From positions 1 through 35,716 of the forward strand of contig JAPEUI010000147.1 of assembly GCA_026025075.1 (NCBI GenBank): a stretch of DNA of 35,716 nucleotides. Direction: 5' to 3'. The notes beneath the pieces were generated by a model. That model made no database searches. It saw only the letters and a program-made list of their open reading frames with translations, and was not told the DNA's origin. The stretch is from Vezdaea acicularis (Eukaryota). Shown here one piece after another: positions 22,272-32,570 of this stretch; within the stretch, counting starts at the first letter, position 1, and every line of letters begins with the position of its first letter. Both the position numbers and the translations under genes were made by a program.

Positions 22272-25200
22272 ATGGCGACTTCCGGGATCGCTGGGCCCCG
22301 GGCCCTCGAGTCAGTCCTCACAGCGACCTCACACATATCAATCGCCCACCTTAGTCCACAGATGTCTAACCCTTCATCAAGAAGTATCAAGGTTATAACA
22401 ACCTTGATATGGCCCTACTCTTCCTCTAGAAATTCTATCACCCTCCTCGTCGCCGAGCCAGACTTCAGATTGCGACGACGGCGAGGTCAGATCAGAGTCG
22501 AGTTTTCGGGACCGGCTGCTAAAGCCGTAGCCAGGACTGGTCTTGGCAGTGGAGACGAGATAATTTTAGCATTGGAGGGCGCTCGGTTTGAGAAGGATGA
22601 TGTCCCAAGTGGCACTCCTGGGAGGGGCAGCGAGTGGGAGCTGAGATTTACGGAGCGATTGGTGATGCAGGTAAGGAATTGCGCGGATCGACCGCGCGAA
22701 CCTCTCATAGCTAACGGTTGTGTCAGATCAATCGCGAAACTGAAAAGCTTGCATTTCTGGATATAGATCATCCGACTCCTTCCCCAGAGCGACAAGTCCA
22801 GTCACCAACGAGTCCAAGGTCAGCAGCTTCGACGCAAGATGCTTTACCTTTTCTTCCCAAACCTCTACAGCCTCTTTCAGACGAATGGTCATCTCCGGCG
22901 TTCTTCAAAAGGCCGCGCCTATCTTCGGGATCATTTCCGGCTCCATCTTTCGACCCATTCATGGAAGAAGATGGTAGCGTATCTGGGAAGGGCCGGAAAA
23001 AACCTAAGTTCACAAGGCATAGCGGGGAATGGATTTATGCAGACCAATCTCAAAGCTCCGAAGGAGAGGAAAATGTCGATGAAGTGATGCAAGACGTCCA
23101 AGATATAGGGGCTTACGAAACCACTGGAGAAACCCAAGCCGCCATCCAGCCTCCTTGGCAAGCTCAGGCTGAAGTCATACCTCGGCCTCTAGAAGCTGGG
23201 TTAGGCACCCAAAAAGCCTTATCTACCACACCACCAATTCACACAAGCGTTCATTCTGCTCAGGATCCACCTCGCTTGCAGGAGATTGCTACAGAGCCTC
23301 GAACACTCGACTCACCTAACTTAGAACCTGTTCCTTCACCTCTACTCCCGGAGGTATCTCCAATAGCAATGCGTAGGAACTCATATTATGATCCTCAGAG
23401 TCATTTCGACTATGAACAGTTTGCCCCTGGCCCGTCGCATTCAATTCCTGAGAATGTTTATCAGTCCGGGCAGGGATTCACTTTGACTGAGCAACCTCAT
23501 GAGGGGATGCAACAACATGGACCTCAAATATATCTTCCCTACATGTTTGGTAACGAAGGTACTGCGCCAGCTCCACAATCAATAGGAGCCGATATTCCTG
23601 TAGTGTGGGAGATTCCAGGTCCTTCTGATTTATCACAGAGCCAAGAGGATTTCTCTTTCAGCATCAGTTATAATTCAGAGAAGGAGAAGATGGACCCAAT
23701 GATTGAAAATACTGTCATAGCGGAGCTTTCAATCATTGACACAAAAGCAAGTCTTTCATCCGCAGACCCAAGCACACCACAGGACTGGGTGCTCGTCCAC
23801 CACCCCGACAATCCCGAGACTTGTGACGAGGAGCAGGGAAATCACCAGATGAGCGGCCGAAAAGGGCAAGAAATGGCTTCAGAGGCACCTGAGGCGGAAC
23901 GGAAGATTATCAAGAGCACCACAAGCCCTGCCGGCCAAATCTCATATGAGCGTGTTATCGTTGAGTCCGAAAGAGGCCTGGGCGATATGTTGGAGAAGGG
24001 TTCAGAAACCGCGGAAATTATCGAAATATCATCCAACTCCTCACAGTCAAGTCAGTCTTCGGCCGTATCCCAGATAACTAGCATAAGGATCGAGGGGGAG
24101 GACATGGGCAAGGTGCACCCTGTCAATGTAGAACCCGGCCCAGCGGCACACCTTACTCTACCCATTGCAGAGGATAGGAGAGATGTTGGAGTAATTCCTC
24201 AGCAACGTAGAACAGGAGTTCACCCCGAAAATCAGGGACTTGTGCGCAATGAAGACCAACTCATGACTCCCCAGGCAACTCAATCGGCCATTCTTTCCAC
24301 CATACATAGCTTCTCGACTCATACGCACCCGCTAAGTTTCTCAACTGTTCAGTTATCACGGCAGACCTCAAAAACTTCAATGGACATGCACTCTGAACAA
24401 TTCCATCTGGCCTCGCCGGTAATGACAGAAGCGGCCCACAATAAACACAACGAGCCTTTGCTGGGGGTTGACTCAAATCACAGTGACCACACCGCCGCTG
24501 GCCCCTGGTTCGGACCTCGAAGGTCGAGCCAGCAGGCTGATGCTGCCGAAAACAGTGAATTGAAATTGATAGTAGAGGCTCAGCCAACTGTCGAAGCGGA
24601 AACAGGAGAACAGGACGAAAGGGATCAAGCTGCCTTGGAGGCAGTATCTTCAAGCTTAGAAAAGCAACAGGAGGCTTCCGAAATCATTTCTCTTTCGTCT
24701 GGTGAAAGGAAAGGCGCAGAGGAGGTAGTGACAGAAGAGATAGTGGAGGAGAGCGTAGAAAAGGCTTCAGACGACAAGGTGATGAAGGTCCCTCTAACAA
24801 TCACTACGGAGCTACCCATCGATAAAATAAGCAACCTACCTACAGAAGAGAATCCTGTAGCCTTGGATCCGAGAGATGAACATCCTCAGGCCATGAAAGA
24901 GAATCCTTGGTTTGGGAGGACTCGGCGTGCCAAGCAGGCAGCGATAACCGCCAACCAAGAGAGGCCTACGGAAGGAAGCATTTCCCCCCCAACGACGGCA
25001 AAACTCTCCTCACCACCCATAAAGTCAACACAGTCCCAAACCTCCGGCTCCCCTCCCTCGCACGCAGAGCTCCAGCAGACAAGACGCGGCTTCCGCACTC
25101 CAATCGCCTACTTCAGCCCCCTCACATCCCTACGCACGTACTACGGCAACTCGATCGAAACATTCGGTATCATCTCCTCCGTCACCACCGCCGAGAAATC

Positions 25201-25684
25201 GAAAAAAGGCCCGAAAGACTGGCACGTCCAATTCCACATCACCTCGCCCGCCTTATCGCCGCCCGCATCCTCGGCGTCGAATGTGCCCAAAGCAATCCGC
25301 GTCTCGGTCTTCCGACCGTATAAGAAAGCGCTTCCGCTGGTGAAGCCTGGCGATGGTGTTTTGCTGCGTAATTTCGTCGTCAAGAGTAATAACCGCGATG
25401 TGAGCCTCCTAAGTGGCAGCGCGAGCGCGTATTGCGTCTTTGGAGACGAGGGGGAAGTTGTAAATGGACCACCGGTGGAAATTGGCGAGGAAGAGAGGGC
25501 CTTTGTGGGAATTTTGAGGAGGTGGTGGAGTAGTTTAGATGGGGATGTGAAGGAAAAGCTTGCCGAGCCTGCTACGAGGGAGAAGTCCGGGGCTGGCAAG
25601 AGGAGTAGTGGGAGTGTGGCGGGTCTCATTAAAGGGCATGCGGGTCTGGAGCAAGTCAGGATTGGTGCCCAGGAGGTCACTTAG
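22272..25684 (+). CDS. Large OB-fold protein: N-terminal OB-like domain, long acidic disordered linker, C-terminal POT1/Cdc13 Telo_bind-like domain; exons 22272-22670, 22727-25684
   Basis: The C-terminal YFSPLTSL..ETFGIIS..KGPKDW..RVSVFRPYKKALPLVKPGDGVLLRNF resembles POT1 OB1. The N-terminal TLIWPYSS..LLVAEPDFRLR..GQIRVEF..GDEI is OB-like. Intron 22671-22726 (GTAAGG..CTAAC..CAG) is in frame. Confidence 0.75.
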
Positions 25685-26310
25685 AAGCATGGATCTGGCG
25701 TTTTGGGGGATTTGCTATTCGTGGAAAAAAGCATGGCTGCGCGGATTATCGGTTGGGCGTGGGATATGGTCGCGATTATCTGGCTTGGTTTAACGGAGGC
25801 TTGGCAATGGCATATGGAGTGGATGATCAGCTCAATGGATAACGGAGAACATTAGTTGCACACATGTAGAACATATACATCGCTCGAATCACAATCACTT
25901 CGCAAGCAAGCAAAGCCATGAGAGAATTGTTCACAACACCAACAAGCTCTATTTTGAGTAATATAAATGTTTAAAATGTTGATTTCATTACCTATCTACC
26001 CTAATCCAGGCCGAAAGGAAAAGCCTTAGGCAAGAAAGCTGTGCCAATCTCAGCAAAACACCCGCGCTCGTGCGCGGTACGCAGTAAACCATGCAGCCGT
26101 TAATGCTCGTTTCATGCCCGGTAAATCGCAGACAATATGGTTTGATTAAATTTCAAACGAAAAGAAAGTGGAACGGCGGGAAGGCGTCTCTATGGAAGAG
26201 TCATCGGGTCTCACTCCAGGTTGGCTCTGGTGAGGCACGACTTAGTTGGACCAGACCGTCAAGGGGCTTGGGAATGGTGGTCAAAGGAGGACCTTTCTGG
26301 AGGTGGGCCC

Positions 26311-26715
26311 TCAGGAGCTGCGGCTGTCGACGCTGCCGGTCGAGCTGTTGGTGCTTGAAGTGTTCGAGGAGGTGAGGGAGGCGACGGGGGCGCCGACTTC
26401 GGGGACGCAGCGGCGAGAGGTACGACGAGCGTTCTCCATCTGTTGCTGCGTGTGGTTGTGCATCATTCTGGGGGTTGTTTGTCAGTCTCGAGTTCAGAAT
26501 GGAACGAGAAGTTGCATCGTAGAGAGTCATAGGGGGCCGTAGTGAGGCGAAGAAGCATGATAGAAAGTAATAAACGATGCTTACCGTGCGTACGAGGACA
26601 CAGGGTCAGCGCCTGGAAAAGAGGATTCGGTCGATCTCGTCGACGAATGGAAGGGCTGTTGGGTGGTGGCGTTTGTAGGAAAGGACGAGGGAGGAGGAGT
26701 ATTTCCAGCAGGCAT
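26311..26715 (-). CDS. Small spliced Ser/Thr-rich hypothetical protein (~95 aa; alternative start 26820); exons 26715-26585, 26467-26311
   Basis: Intron 26584-26468 (GTAAGC..CTGAC..CAG) joins ...PVSSYAR to MMHNHTQQQMENARR...VDSRSS*. A TATA-like element (~27062-27067) and a CT-rich leader lie upstream. Confidence 0.7.
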
Positions 26716-28688
26716 CTTGTCTGTTTCAAGAGCTGATGATGGGGATGGTGAAGAGAAGGAGTTGGTGGAGACTTGTGAGATAGGAGCGGATCTCGTGTCT
26801 GGTGGGCTCTGTTGATTCATATGGTTGTGAAAGCGTTGAAAGGGTGTGGGCCGTTTCAAATATTCAACGGCGGAGAAGAGTGTTAAGGTGATCGGCGAGC
26901 CCCTTGTCCTGGTACGCAATAGGGAGGCAACAATAAGGATGAAGGAGGTAGTAGTATTATAATGTAATAGTACTTAAAGATGGTGGGCAGTATGAAGAGA
27001 TCAACAAGGACATATTTTTTCTTATTATTCCCCTTAGTCAATCATGGACCAGCTCCGTTCCTTATACTGGCCACTCACAGCTCCCGCGTGTCCATTTGGG
27101 CGTGGGCTCGAATGTTCCGCGCGCATACGAAAGTCGCCGCACCCCTCACGGCTCCGCTGTTCACGCTTCCCCGTCATAAGCAGCGTCAGGATCTGCAGGG
27201 TCCTACCATTTATGGTTAGAGGTAAGATTAGCGTCCCCGCTAGCGTATGGTCCAAGCGTGGTGTGCAGGCCAGGGTGAAATCAAGCGAGCCAGTCAGCCG
27301 CTGCGATCGACGCGCCATCCCGCAATTTTGTGGATCGGAGTGCGTCACTGAAGGCGTTCGCGAGATATCAGTGGCGCCTTTAGAGTTCTGGAAATCCACG
27401 GTTGTGCTCCGTGAGGCTTTTGATGTGTAATTCCTTTTTGATGCTTGGGGACGTTTAGGGACGGAGGGAAGTGTTTGATGGAGGGCGAGGTGGTGTGCAG
27501 CAATAGTGCGTTGCTTGGTCGAATTGGCGCTGCATTCCATCGGTGAATCGGTGTATAAAAGCTGAAGGTGGGTTGATCAAGATCGACTATCAGCGTAAGT
27601 GTACGCAGGGTCGTAAGTCTAGATTTCTGTCGACCTTTGGGGAAAAGTTGTCTGCCACTGATGGCCACTTGGAGAGCCCTGGTTCGTGGAGATATCTTGT
27701 TGATATCCTCAAGAGTGCCCACTCCCCGCATCCATCATCTGTCCGCGAGCGGGCTGCAGCTCGGGACGTTACCTTTAATTTCTCATGCCCTGCCCGGCCT
27801 TTGTTGCATCCACAATGTCCCCACCTGAAGGCCAGCTGCATATTTTCTCGAAAATTTCTCCCAACGGCCCCATTCCTGCGTCTGGTTTGAGATCCTGACA
27901 TGACATCAATGGCTTAGTTGGCTCTTCGCTTAACAACGTGAGGCGGGCAGCACGTCTCCACCGAACCAAGCTACCGGGATTCTCATGAACGTCACTCTAT
28001 TTCAACCACGACGAAGTCCCTCGTTGCGCAGAGCTAACGGTGCGGAAAAGCTTCATAGGAAGCCAGCGGGCACGAATTGGAACTCTTCCCATGCTTTCCT
28101 GAAGCTCACGAACCTCTGAGCGGCTCTCGACTTATCGTTGTGAGGATCTCGCTTTGTGTCGGGCACTGTCGATCTTCTCGATGGACGTCGTGATCAGCAG
28201 CTCCAGTGAAGCCGAATCCCGACTTTCTTCAGGGTCTCCTGCCATTCAGCTGATCTCTGAAGCTATGCGGCTAGACGAAGGAGGCTATTCGCGCTGAAGG
28301 AATAGCGTGCGCGTTGTTGGAGGGTCGCCTTCGTGTCGAAGAGGGAGATCGGCGATGAGGTTCACAAAGCGCGTCATAAGCGGCGGCACTGTGCGTCGCC
28401 AAACGTCAGAGGCGAGGGACATAACGGGAAAGGAGCTGGGATGATCGGAGACCGCGTGGCGGAGTGGATGTAGCACGCCAACGTATCATCCACCGAGAGA
28501 CGGGAAAAAAACGCTCAAGGATTGGGAACGTTTGGACAGGACAATAGAAACGGGAGGGGGCAAGACGATTCCGCACGAGGAGACAACTTGCTATCCACGA
28601 AGCCTCCTGCCAAAACTAAAACAGGACACCAAACGCAAATCTGCACAAGAAATTTTCCAACCGAAGCGCGATACGCACATGTATTAGG

Positions 28689-31104
28689 TCATCCATATCT
28701 CAAAGGATGTCCCCCTCGTCCTTCACTTGGTTGGCCCGAAGCGATCAAGAACCCTGGATTAGGGCTCATGGCACGACTGCTTAGCTTCGGGCTGCGAGGA
28801 ACGCTAGTGGCTCGTGTTGCGAGTCCTCTGCCTCTAGCTTGGAATCTTAGCTCCTCGTCTTTGCGTCTGATAAGCTCCTCTCGATCTTCCAACGTACTCT
28901 CCAATTCCCGTATCCTCTCCTGATCATCGGCGACCATTTGCGAACGGGTGAACGCTTGGCACTTCAGGGCCTCACCGCTTGCCTTGCGCTCGAGGACGAC
29001 GAGCTTTTCCTTGAGCTCGGAAAGCTCTGAGACGGCCTCAGCAGCTGCCGTGGACGCCGACTGATATTGTTGTCGTGTGAACTCGAAGTCTTGGATTAGT
29101 GACTTCAGACGGTGTTCCAATCTCCCCTTCTCCGACGTGGCCTCACGAGCCTCCGTGCGGGCCTTCTCTAGCTCTGCAGCGTCGGGGATCGTCGAATTTA
29201 CTAACGAGTTGCGAGCCTCTGCAAGCTCGCTCTCCAACCGAGCGCGATCTTCCTTGAGACTGGCAATCTCAGCAATCTGCGCCTCTTTCCGGCGTTCAGC
29301 GAGGATTGTGGTCACGACAGCTTCATCACGCTCCTTCGTGGCCTCCAGCACGAACTGTGTTCTCTCCTCAAAACGGGTTTGTAGATCTGTTAGTGCATCA
29401 ACATGCTCCTGCACACGACTGTCCAAGTACTTGATCCTGTCCCGGAGATCCCGCTCTATTGTTTCTTTTTCGGTTTTGTAAGCCAATATCCTGGCTTTTA
29501 TCTAGAAAGTTCTATCAGCGCAAGGATACTGTCAGCGGATACAGGATCACTTACAGTTTTCGCGTCCAAGGGATTGGCCGTCTCTTCAAGCCGCGATATA
29601 GACTTTTGTAGCTTCGTGAGGCGATCTACATTTTCATCTTCCGGTGTACCACCTGATGCAGTCTCACGAAGTGGGCGGTCGCCAGCAGTCTCGCTGGAGT
29701 GGGTGATCTCCGTATCGGCTTGCAGCGGAACACGTTCGGGCACTGGCGTGGACCTCATCCGCTTCAACGGGCCGTGCTCCTCTTCATCTGCAGTCTGGTC
29801 GCATCATTAGATGAGGTAATTCAATTTAGTAAGAAAAGGGGGTGACTTGCTAATTGTCTTTTGTTCGACGGCAAACCCCCTGGAGTCACTTCACGTGTGG
29901 GACCGCTGTTTTCTGCGACCACAGATAGACCAGACTCTTCTTGTTGAGTTTCCGACACGAGTTCAACACCGTCAACCTCTTGAATAGACGGCAACGGCCA
30001 CTCTGAGTCTGGCCGATAGCGTAAGAACGAAGCCACAAGCTCTGGTGCCTCCTCATGGGTATACGAATCATCTGGAAGCTGACCGATATCGTTTCGTAGT
30101 TGCGTTGCACAACTGACGAGGACTTGGAGGTGTTCAGAAGCCGCCATGTTCTTCGGAATGCACAGGTCGATGTGTTCTATCGTATAAGGGATGATGAGAT
30201 ATATTACGGGGCAGATTTCATCCACGTTGATAAGATGGGCGCGCGCATGACGAACTTGGTCATGATTTGGGTTGAAGCTGCTGTCAAAAGCTATCACAAG
30301 TGACGCTGGGCTGGCCATAACACTGCCGCCTTCGTCTCCAGTCGGTATCAGACTGATCATAAGAGACCCTTTCGCCGAAGATCCCGAACCACGGTGTTTG
30401 TCTGGTCGATTGTAGTTAAAGCGAAACCCCTTTAGAAAGGTCTCGACTATGTCAAGCAGCTGCCCACCCTGAACAAAGATCGCAACGTTCATTTCGTCTG
30501 TCCTTAGTATCTCTAAGAATTGCCGCAGGAATGTGAACTTTGCCGTGCAGTTTTCCGCCCAGTTCGCTTCAGTTTCTGGTGACACTGGCTCTGAGTCGGC
30601 GACGGTTTCGTCAACAAGATCTGGGTGGTTTGTGATATCGTTTAGTCGGTGTACCAAGTCTTCCATCTTGCCCAAAAGCGTTGGGTCTATCCAACCTTCG
30701 GCCCTGACGAAGTTTTCGATGTCTTCTTTCTGATTGTAGATAGTTTGCTGATATTGTTCGCTGACTCGCCCATGCATCGGTAGTGGCACAATGTACTCCT
30801 CCAGCCCGACTCTAGCTTCGCCCACGGTACCTACAGAAGCAGCTAGTTGCACAGACATCTCTCTATGAACTCTGAGATTGCTTGGCCCCAGTGGCGCTCT
30901 CGAAGACCCGTCCAGCATCATTACTTCTGGAGCTCGCATCGGGAGAGTCGGGCCGCTGCTTAGATATGTTTCTGGCGTAGAAGGTAATTTAGCGGATGGA
31001 GAACGCGTTGAACGAGCGGAGCTATTTGAAGCTTCTCGTCTAACTCTCATTTCCCTGAGACGCTCTTTCAGGGAAGCTGCTTGCACGACCACTGAGTCCG
31101 CCAT
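28689..31104 (-). CDS. Class II histone deacetylase complex subunit 2/3 (HDA2-3)-domain protein with C-terminal coiled coil; exons 31104-29851, 29794-29555, 29501-28689
   Basis: EYIVPLPM, HPDL, WAENCTAKFTFLRQFL, LVIAFDSSF and CPVIYLIIPYTIEHI match HDA2-3-like motifs. A long coiled coil carries DFEFTRQQYQSAS. The first intron is GC-AG and the start codon is uncertain. Confidence 0.75.
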
Positions 31105-31959
31105 CTTTGTCTTTGAGGAGGAAACGCTAGAAGCTGAACGATGTGTCGTAAGACAACTCGAAGTATGGTGTAGATGTTTCCCAACGCGGCAAGTTGTAGA
31201 TACCAAGAAATTACTCGTGTACAACCTCGAGGAGATAGACAATAATGTCCACCTTCTCTTTCTCGAGTATTGAGTTCTTCCTATTAAACAGTTGAACGCT
31301 CAGGATCTGCTATGATCTTAAGAACTCCTGATGCTAACAATTACAAGCACGTTGTCCCTTGAGTGGCTTGATGGTGGAGTCTTCTTTATGAACTTTATAA
31401 GTGGCAATGATACCGCCCCTTAGCCTGAAGGACTTGGATTATGGTATGCGGAGGTTTGTATGACGTTGGTTTAGTAACAAAAAAAATGCTACTGCGGACG
31501 TTCGCAAAACTCTGACGTATGTAATCGCAGATTTAAGTAATCGACTCGATTGTGGTGCGGCAACACAACTGTTTCAGACGATTGAAAGGAATAAGAGAGA
31601 TCGTGTGATAACAGTCGTCAAGAGAAATATTACAGTGATGTTCCTCTTAAAGATTTTTAATCTCAAAAATCAAAGTTTGAGAATGTGTTCCCTCAGTGGC
31701 CCCACTATCTAGTCGCACAATGGCAGAGCACTCTTGAACCCCGTGAGACTTCTCGAACACGGGAATAAACTAGTTACCGGCAAGGATGATAAAACAAAGT
31801 TTCTGATGTCTGAGAAGATCGCGGACGGCCTTCTAATCTTCAATGTCTGCTTTGCACCTGCGTGGAGGGAACGTTGCTTTCTCCCTATGAATGTTGAACT
31901 CGTGGTCTCGTTGACTTTGGAAGAGTGAATGTCCTCCAGTCGCCAGGGTCTTGGTATTG

Positions 31960-32230
31960 TTGTGCCGCCCCTAGTCTATGATCCTGGTTTTCTTCGAGAT
32001 GTCCTTATCAATGGCCCTCTTGTGTATTGGCTGCTGCTTTGGCTTCTGTTATCTCATCAATAAGATATAGCCCATAAGACCACTTCATTGGGACATACCC
32101 GTCGCAATGAGATTCTCTTGCGTATTGTCTATTCATCAAATGCACCAGGTACGCATTTACTCTGCAAGAAAGAAATTATAGGCTCTACGAGGAATGATAA
32201 GACCAAAAGCATCGCTCCTAGAGCTCATTT
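31960..32230 (-). pseudogene. Decayed chromodomain-like 5' exons of the HDA2-3 gene (tentative)
   Basis: Fragments LAE*/YLVHL...R precede a gtatgt...taacag intron, followed by KPK..AN...AID. They carry stops and frameshifts. Confidence 0.3.
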
Positions 32231-32303
32231 TGACCCGTTTAGCAGGGATAGCGAATGATAGATTTTCGGCCGTTTGCGCTCTGATGGCAGCGGTGCTTGT
32301 TTC

Positions 32304-32330
32304 ACGCGTATTTCAATTAGCGACGCGAAA
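32304..32330. promoter_or_regulatory. MCB-like elements (ACGCGT, ACGCGAAA)
   Basis: ACGCGT lies at 32304-32309 and ACGCGAAA at 32323-32330, in the gap upstream of the minus-strand HDA2-3 gene. Confidence 0.35.
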
Positions 32331-32570
32331 TTCTGGCAGAGAATCGCTATTGGCCGCCATTGCGGAACTTATTCTTGTCAAGTTCTGCTTCACGATAGAA
32401 GAACAAAAACATCCTATTAAGCTTGCGAAATATTCTTTGGGTGCATGCTCTACATTATGAAAAATAATGCGCCTCGAAACTTGGGACTCTAATGCTATCG
32501 ATCAGATATAACGCCAGTCGTTACGAAAACCGAAGATATTGTCATTGTGCCGTCACCTCCATGTTTCTCA

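Noticed and set aside
25141..25680. 179-aa antisense ORF opposite the Telo_bind-like domain (and similar antisense ORFs in GUS1, DUF4048 and HDA2-3)
   Set aside because: These are codon-bias shadow ORFs of the real genes with no independent coding signal.
27034..27969. Cluster of 100-170-aa overlapping ORFs on both strands
   Set aside because: They show no recognisable domains, no consistent splice structure and composition typical of non-coding frames.
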